From NCBI GenBank assembly GCA_000708835.1, contig DF237674.1, forward strand, positions 1-41,053: 41,053 nt of DNA, given 5' to 3'. This DNA comes from Klebsormidium nitens (taxonomy: Eukaryota > Plantae > Klebsormidiophyceae). This document shows positions 35,501 to 41,053 of this stretch, in pieces (position 1 is the stretch's first letter; each line of letters opens with the position of its first letter). A program made the position numbers and the translations under genes. The notes below the pieces were generated by a model. It was not told the origin of the DNA, searched no databases, and was given only the letters and a program-made list of their open reading frames with translations.

Positions 35501-38099
35501 TTTACCGCATAATCAACACAATGCAACCACCCAAAATGTACTGAGCAACGTGCAGAATGTCTAACAGAGAGACTCCATCTGTCCCCGCATGCAAAGTGGT
35601 TACAGAATGGCAATGTAGAGACAAATAGCACAATGCAGCTACAATTGCCATCGTTTGTTGCATTGCTAGCCAGATGTAGCTTGGCAGCTATGGCGAGCCT
35701 TGCTCGGTTCAACTCGCAAACCGTCGAAGCCTACTGTGACTTTTCGATGGTGACTAGTTTGAATTCAGTCTTACTTTTGATTTCAATTTAAACACCTGGA
35801 TGCGGCCGAGAGCACAAGTTCTCAATCTTTTCAAGATTTGGCGTTCCAAATGTAACGCGTTTCAAAGATGTAAGCAGGCCCTCATTGTAACATTATCAAT
35901 TATACCAACCGAATTAGGTTTTGTATATGGAACTTAATCTACACAAAGATTCTGGTTGGCTTTGTTGTAGAACGGTTCTATTGGGCACTGAGTGCTGCTC
36001 GAGGTACCGCATACAACTACCACAGGTACCACTTATTGTACCCATGCTACGGCATTCAGATTTTTAAGGTGGAGATGAGTATTAGGCAATGGCGCATCAT
36101 CATGGCGCATTTGAAGGTTGAGATTCTACGCAGCAAAACCGCAGCTCTTTTAAGAAGGGTTCAAACTTTGAATGGGGCGAAGGACCAAGCGAAAGCTGCT
36201 TTCAAGTACAGAATGGCAGAGGGTTCATGCGGAATCCGACGCTACAAGAAAGGTACTTTGTTAATGAGCTCAATCATAAGTGCGATGGGGTGATAAACGA
36301 CACTTTCGTTACTAATAAGAAGCACGAAGGGATTTTGACCCAAAACATGACCGACGTATTGCTGCATTCAGACACAACAGCACAAAGATTGCAACGTTAG
36401 AAGCCACGCCTGTCATTTATGGACACGCAGTTCGTTCAAGTACGTACGCAAGCATCATTCAAGCAGGGCTAAAAGGTGCAGGTTATCATATGGCGGCGAT
36501 GTCAGCATTGTGTTAAAAGGAAGTGTTGACGCAGCAGTTTCTGGGGATCTTGAGTGCGGTCCCAGCAATCATACGTAGCAGATGATGCAACACATGTTGT
36601 GAGAGGAGGTCGACGATGTCCCCATAGTGGTAGCAAGACGCACATCTCTTCTTCTTCCACTCAAAGGGAGCTCAAAGGAGCAGGGACTCGAGCCGCAGGG
36701 TGCGGTCGCCGACGGGGATTTCGGTCGTCGCTGGTCCCCTTTCCCAATTGGAGGCCGGTGCCGAATGCAGGCAGTCGGGGTGGAAGAGGCGAGCGCCAGC
36801 CGGCGGGGGCTAGTCCGGGTAGGGGGCATGCCGGGTCTCGTTAGGCTGCATTGCAGCCTACAAGAGCTTTGGCAAAACCGAGTTCAAATTGGGGTGACCC
36901 AAAGAACATATTGGCCGATGCGGAGGGTAAGCCGAGGGCTTTTTTTGAGGAGCGTGCTCCGGGTATATGGGAGCCTTGAGAAGGGAGCTCCGGAGGAGAC
37001 TTTTCAAATGCATGCAAGTATATGATGGAGACTCGCGAACCAATGTCGCAATGATCTTGCATCGCGGCCCCAAGCTCATTTTTTACGAAGACAAGTCTCC
37101 AGCTTATGCGCACGTTTGCGTAAGACTGCCACGCAACAGTTTCCTGAATTTTGTCTGTTGTCGTTTTCCTGCCCGGGGTTCATTGGTGTTACATTTCAGT
37201 ATTTTTCATGTGCACGCTCTCATCAATCCTAGGCTTCGATCCCGTACATTCTACCCAATCGCTGTGAAGAGTTGTATGTTTTGTGCGCCGTCTCTCAAAA
37301 GAGTACGCACCGTTTTCTTAGCGGATACCATCAACTGCTCATTCCCGCTTTCCGTTCGCTTATAGTTGTATTTCTTGTAATTTACGTGATTGCTCTGACC
37401 AGCAATGAGCCTCTGCATACCTTTGTGGTTATTGTCGGTTATTGTTCCATTGACGAATTGCAGCTGCAGTACGAAGTCGATCCGCCTGAAAATCACCGAA
37501 TTTATGGTCGCCGAGGGAAACGAGCCGTGTGTACTTTACGGTTTTGCAGGTACATTCACTTTGCGATTTTGTGTGGTGATCAAATCTAATGACGTCAGCA
37601 TCCTTCGACTCCACCTGCGGCATTTTATGCTAGCAAGTCTTCTATACCTACATGGCACTTGAAGTACATTCAATGGCTCCTCTTCTTGTTCTTTCAAGTC
37701 AAACGCTCCTTCGACGGTTGTCGCTTTTTGTTATGCGTTTTACTACGGCAGTATGAGCACCTTTTTCACAAGCCAGTCATATGAGGTGACTTCCGTCACT
37801 TTTCAGGAATTTTCCGAAAGCCTAACAATAGATAACGGTAAATCTGCCAGGTTTCCAAAAGATCTTTGTAGTGGTCGGAATCCAAATCGGTCGGAAATCG
37901 ACGTTAGGTCGTGGCAGCCTGTAGTAATAGACTGCGCAAAACGACATGACAAAACGTTGCCTTTTTTGTGCGGCCTAAACAAAATGGGGAACACCAAATG
38001 CTTCCGGCCTTGATTAGCCGTATATCTCCCCTGCATGCCAGCTAGTATTGAATTGTTCATTAACGTCGCTTTGGAGCCGTGATCAGCTTAGTCGACGCA

Positions 38100-39193
38100 A
38101 ATCTAAGCTATTGCTGAAGTCTTTGCATTATACTAGTTCTCGGGCCTTTCATTGCGGAGATATAAAAACTTGCCCACAGCACTGTCTTGTAGGTTCAAAA
38201 CTGCTTTCAACCTTCTACTTTCCTTGTCTTCAAAAGTGAAATCGAGCATTGTTCTTAAATTGATATAGGCTGGGCAATGATAAACGAAGTGGGTTTCGTC
38301 TTCAATGCTGCCCACATTGCAAACTAAGCATAACCTTTCACTACGCGCTTTCCTTTGCCAAGAGCCAGTTTTTATGGTCAGATTATAGAGGCCCAATGTG
38401 AATCGTGTGAGTGGAAGCAGAAAACGAGAGTGCGCTAGAGTATCTAAGTACGGCTTAAACGAATATCCTTGCTTTACAATCTCAAAATACGTGCAGAACT
38501 TTCGGCCTTCTTCTCTAAGATCCTGCATGTAAGCAAATTCCGAATGCTGGCAAAGAAGTCTGATATCGAAAGGCCCCATTGGTTGACCGTCTCATACCGG
38601 CTCCTTCGCTTTTTCGACGATTTTCGCGAACCAACCCCCGCGATCGGTAGCCCACATCTCCTTTGACTCCTCAAAAGCCAATCTCGCTTGTCGATCACTC
38701 ATAAGCCTTCCAACCCTTTTGGCGAATTTGAAGATCTACTCCCACCTTTTGATGACCAACGAAAAGAGATCAAATCCGCCTAAAACCGCCTTCGAGAGGG
38801 TGGACTTTCTCACTCGAAGCACACTCCGCAGGAACCCCCAGTGCACTTTTTCCGTTTGCTTGCCGTCCCCATTCGAACCCCACTCCGGACTGGTCCTCGG
38901 GCCCCACACTTCCCCCCCATACCCAAGGATTGGACTCACAAGCAGATTAAACCATCTCACCCTCGTGCTTGGTTTCCGAAGTCCTAGCTCGGCACATCTT
39001 TGCTCCATGGCAAATGCCACTTTTCGGCCCGCAGCTGCTAAATTCTGAACCTCAAACCCCCATTGCAGCTGAATTGCACTCCTAGGTACCGGTAACCGGA
39101 AACAACGTTGACACGTTTCCCCCAATACACAAAGTTTTTGTAGAGAGTCGTAGTGTAGTTGCTTTACTCGTCATCGGGTCTTATCGTGTTGCG
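38100..39193 (-). mobile_element. 3' portion of a non-LTR retrotransposon (RTE-X-like LINE), frameshifted
   Basis: RT C-terminus YRYLG..NLAAAGRKVAFAMEQRCAELGL..LVSPILGYGGEVWG..EKVHWGFLRSVLRVRKST. Terminal domain LTRFTLGLYNLTIKTGSW..RSERLCLVCNVGSIEDETHFVYHCPAYINLR, a CCHC knuckle. The 5' side is cut by the assembly gap. Confidence 0.85.
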
Positions 39194-39350
39194 NNNNNNN
39201 NNNNNNNNNNNNNNNNNNNNNNNNNNNNNNNNNNNNNNNNNNNNNNNNNNNNNNNNNNNNNNNNNNNNNNNNNNNNNNNNNNNNNNNNNNNNNNNNNNNN
39301 NNNNNNNNNNNNNNNNNNNNNNNNNNNNNNNNNNNNNNNNNNNNNNNNNT
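39194..39350. other. Assembly gap (157 N) between the LINE and the Copia element
   Basis: Run of N. Confidence 0.99.
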
Positions 39351-39459
39351 TCAAACCGCCTAACGGTTTAATCGTCTGAACGCCGTGCACGCACGCCGGC
39401 GCTCACTAATCCAAACCTACACGGGTCGAACCCTAATCACATAGTAATTCGGCTAACCA

Positions 39460-41053
39460 GGATCACCAAATTCGAACACTCCCACTTTGATAAATTACTC
39501 TGGCCTGCAACTCGTCACGCTCCTCTTGCGAGCTGTCTTTTTCGCCTTTGGCGTCACCCACACGCCTCACTTTTGCCATCGTCGCTTTTCTCTGGCGACG
39601 TCTTCTCCACTCCGTGCTCCGGCACTTCGGCTCCACGGCTTCCGTTGTTGCTTCCACATTTGCCCGATACCATTCGGCGGTCTCCCGTCGCACTCTCGCG
39701 GCATATCTTCTCAACTCTTGGGTCTCCACTATAGGCTTCTCCGTTGCAGGCTGTTCCACATCGGCGGGCTTGCTCTCCACCGCCGTCTTTAAGCTCTCTT
39801 TGCCCTTTCTGATCTCCTCGGACTCCCCCACAACTTCGCGCACAAACTTCCACTATCGGCCCACATTGGCTCCTTTTTGAATCTGTGCGCGCGGCGCGGC
39901 CGCAATATGTCGCGGGCGCGTGCGCCTCTCCCTCACGCGTCATCTCAATTTCCGCCCCTTTTTCGACAAAATTTGAACATGTGCGCGGCGCTTCGTCCGC
40001 CCCCACAACGGTTCCCCACTCTCGTTCGGCGCCCCCATTCTCGTCGTCCGACTCGTCTAGGTCGACCTCCACGACCTTCACCGTCTTGTTCACCACGCTT
40101 TCCGCTCTTACCGGCCTCTTTGCCGTGGCGCACACCCGGTTCCCCTTGAGCGGACCCCTTGCACGGAATGCTCTATGCTTTCCCACGGTCTCGATCTTCC
40201 ACAGTCCTCAACGTTTGATAGCCTCCATACGGACCACATTGTCCGTCTCGATCTACGCGGTTCTTCCCTCAAGCACCACTCGTGCTCCCGCGGCGGGTGC
40301 TCTAGATAGCGAGAACAAATTCGCCTGTGCCCTCGGAGCGTGCCGGACCTCCTTCAAGGTTACCGTACTCAGACCGCTCGGGGACTTGCACTTAAGCTCC
40401 ACTTCCCCAATGCCCACCGCAATCGGAGACTCACCACATATCCCCACGATATTCTCGTCACGCACGAGCTCTCTGTAGCTCGTGAATTGGCTCCGCTCGG
40501 CCGTGACATGCTGGGTGCTGCCCGAGTCAACAATCCACACCCCTTTGCGCACATCCCTTGTCGTCGCCCAATGCCGTAAAAGCTACTCCGTTTGCATCCC
40601 TCGCAAACTCTCTCTCCTCTGCGCGACCACTTGCGCGCGCGCTTTGCCTACAACTGCTTCTGTGTGACCCCTCTTGCCGCACTTGCGACACTCGGCATCG
40701 CGCAACTTCCACTTTGCCTTCATGTGGCCCGCCTGGCCACAACAATAGCACGTTTGGTGGATTTGAGCTCCCGCCTCTCACTCCCGAGCTTCTTTTCAGC
40801 TCGTTTGAGCTTCCCCGGCCCTTCTCAGAGCTCGAGTAGCCCCTATGCTTGGCGGCATACGCCACCGCTCCAGCTCCACCCGAAATCCCCACCAAGGACC
40901 CCGCTTCAGCCCTCAACCTTAGCTCCTTCTCCGGCTTCTGCTCTCCTGCATTAGCTTTGGCTGAATCTCATCTAGGGTTAGCTCTTCCTCTCCGAGCATC
41001 AAAAACTCCAGAACGATGGCATACTCTTCCGGCAAACCTTCCAAGGCGTGCAC
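39460..41053 (-). mobile_element. Degenerate Ty1/Copia LTR retrotransposon (gag, zinc knuckles, protease, start of RT), extending beyond the right edge
   Basis: Gag segment LEGLPEEYAIVLEFLMLGEEELTLDEIQPKLMQ. Decayed knuckles CYCCGQAGHMKAKW and CRKCGKRGHTEAVV. Copia protease WIVDSGSTQHVT..VTLKEVRHAPRAQANLFSL. Pre-RT segment RRYAARVRRETAEWYRAN..EP. Multiple stops and frameshifts. Confidence 0.9.

Noticed and set aside
32700-36500. Short ORFs in the AT-richer spacer after SRPK, including a weak Copia-RT-like TTHDISLCAASRL at about 34310
   Set aside because: No set of ordered motifs was found. The region is probably decayed repeat DNA but cannot be classified by eye.
35421-40982. Telomere-like words (aaaacccg, aaccctaa, tagggtt)
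   Set aside because: Isolated or degenerate single units with no tandem array.

Overview
This is a eukaryotic window, most likely from a green alga. It has very GC-rich, intron-dense genes with GT-AG introns and CTGAC/CTAAC branch points, separated by more AT-rich spacers containing decayed transposons. I reconstructed five spliced genes by hand. (1) A minus-strand gene of unknown function with a CxC...H zinc-finger-like motif, running off the left edge. (2) A 17-exon plus-strand gene (3954-11601, 1073 aa) with the architecture signal peptide - LPMO/BIM1-like domain - 2 EGF - DOMON - DOMON - cytochrome b561. (3) A minus-strand RelA/SpoT homolog with a degenerate hydrolase domain, an intact ppGpp synthetase, two EF-hands and at least 8 HAT/TPR repeats. 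(4) TFIIH p44 (GTF2H2/SSL1), 15 exons. (5) An SRPK kinase. Mobile DNA comprises two MITEs, a DIRS-like remnant, the 3' part of an RTE-X-like LINE and an internally deleted Copia element. There are four assembly gaps. The best candidates for new biology are two multidomain proteins. One is a possible single-chain membrane-to-surface redox wire whose LPMO-like tip has lost its N-terminal histidine. The other is a Ca2+-sensing ppGpp synthetase with an RNA-binding-type HAT array. All family assignments come from motif recognition and memory; no searches were run.
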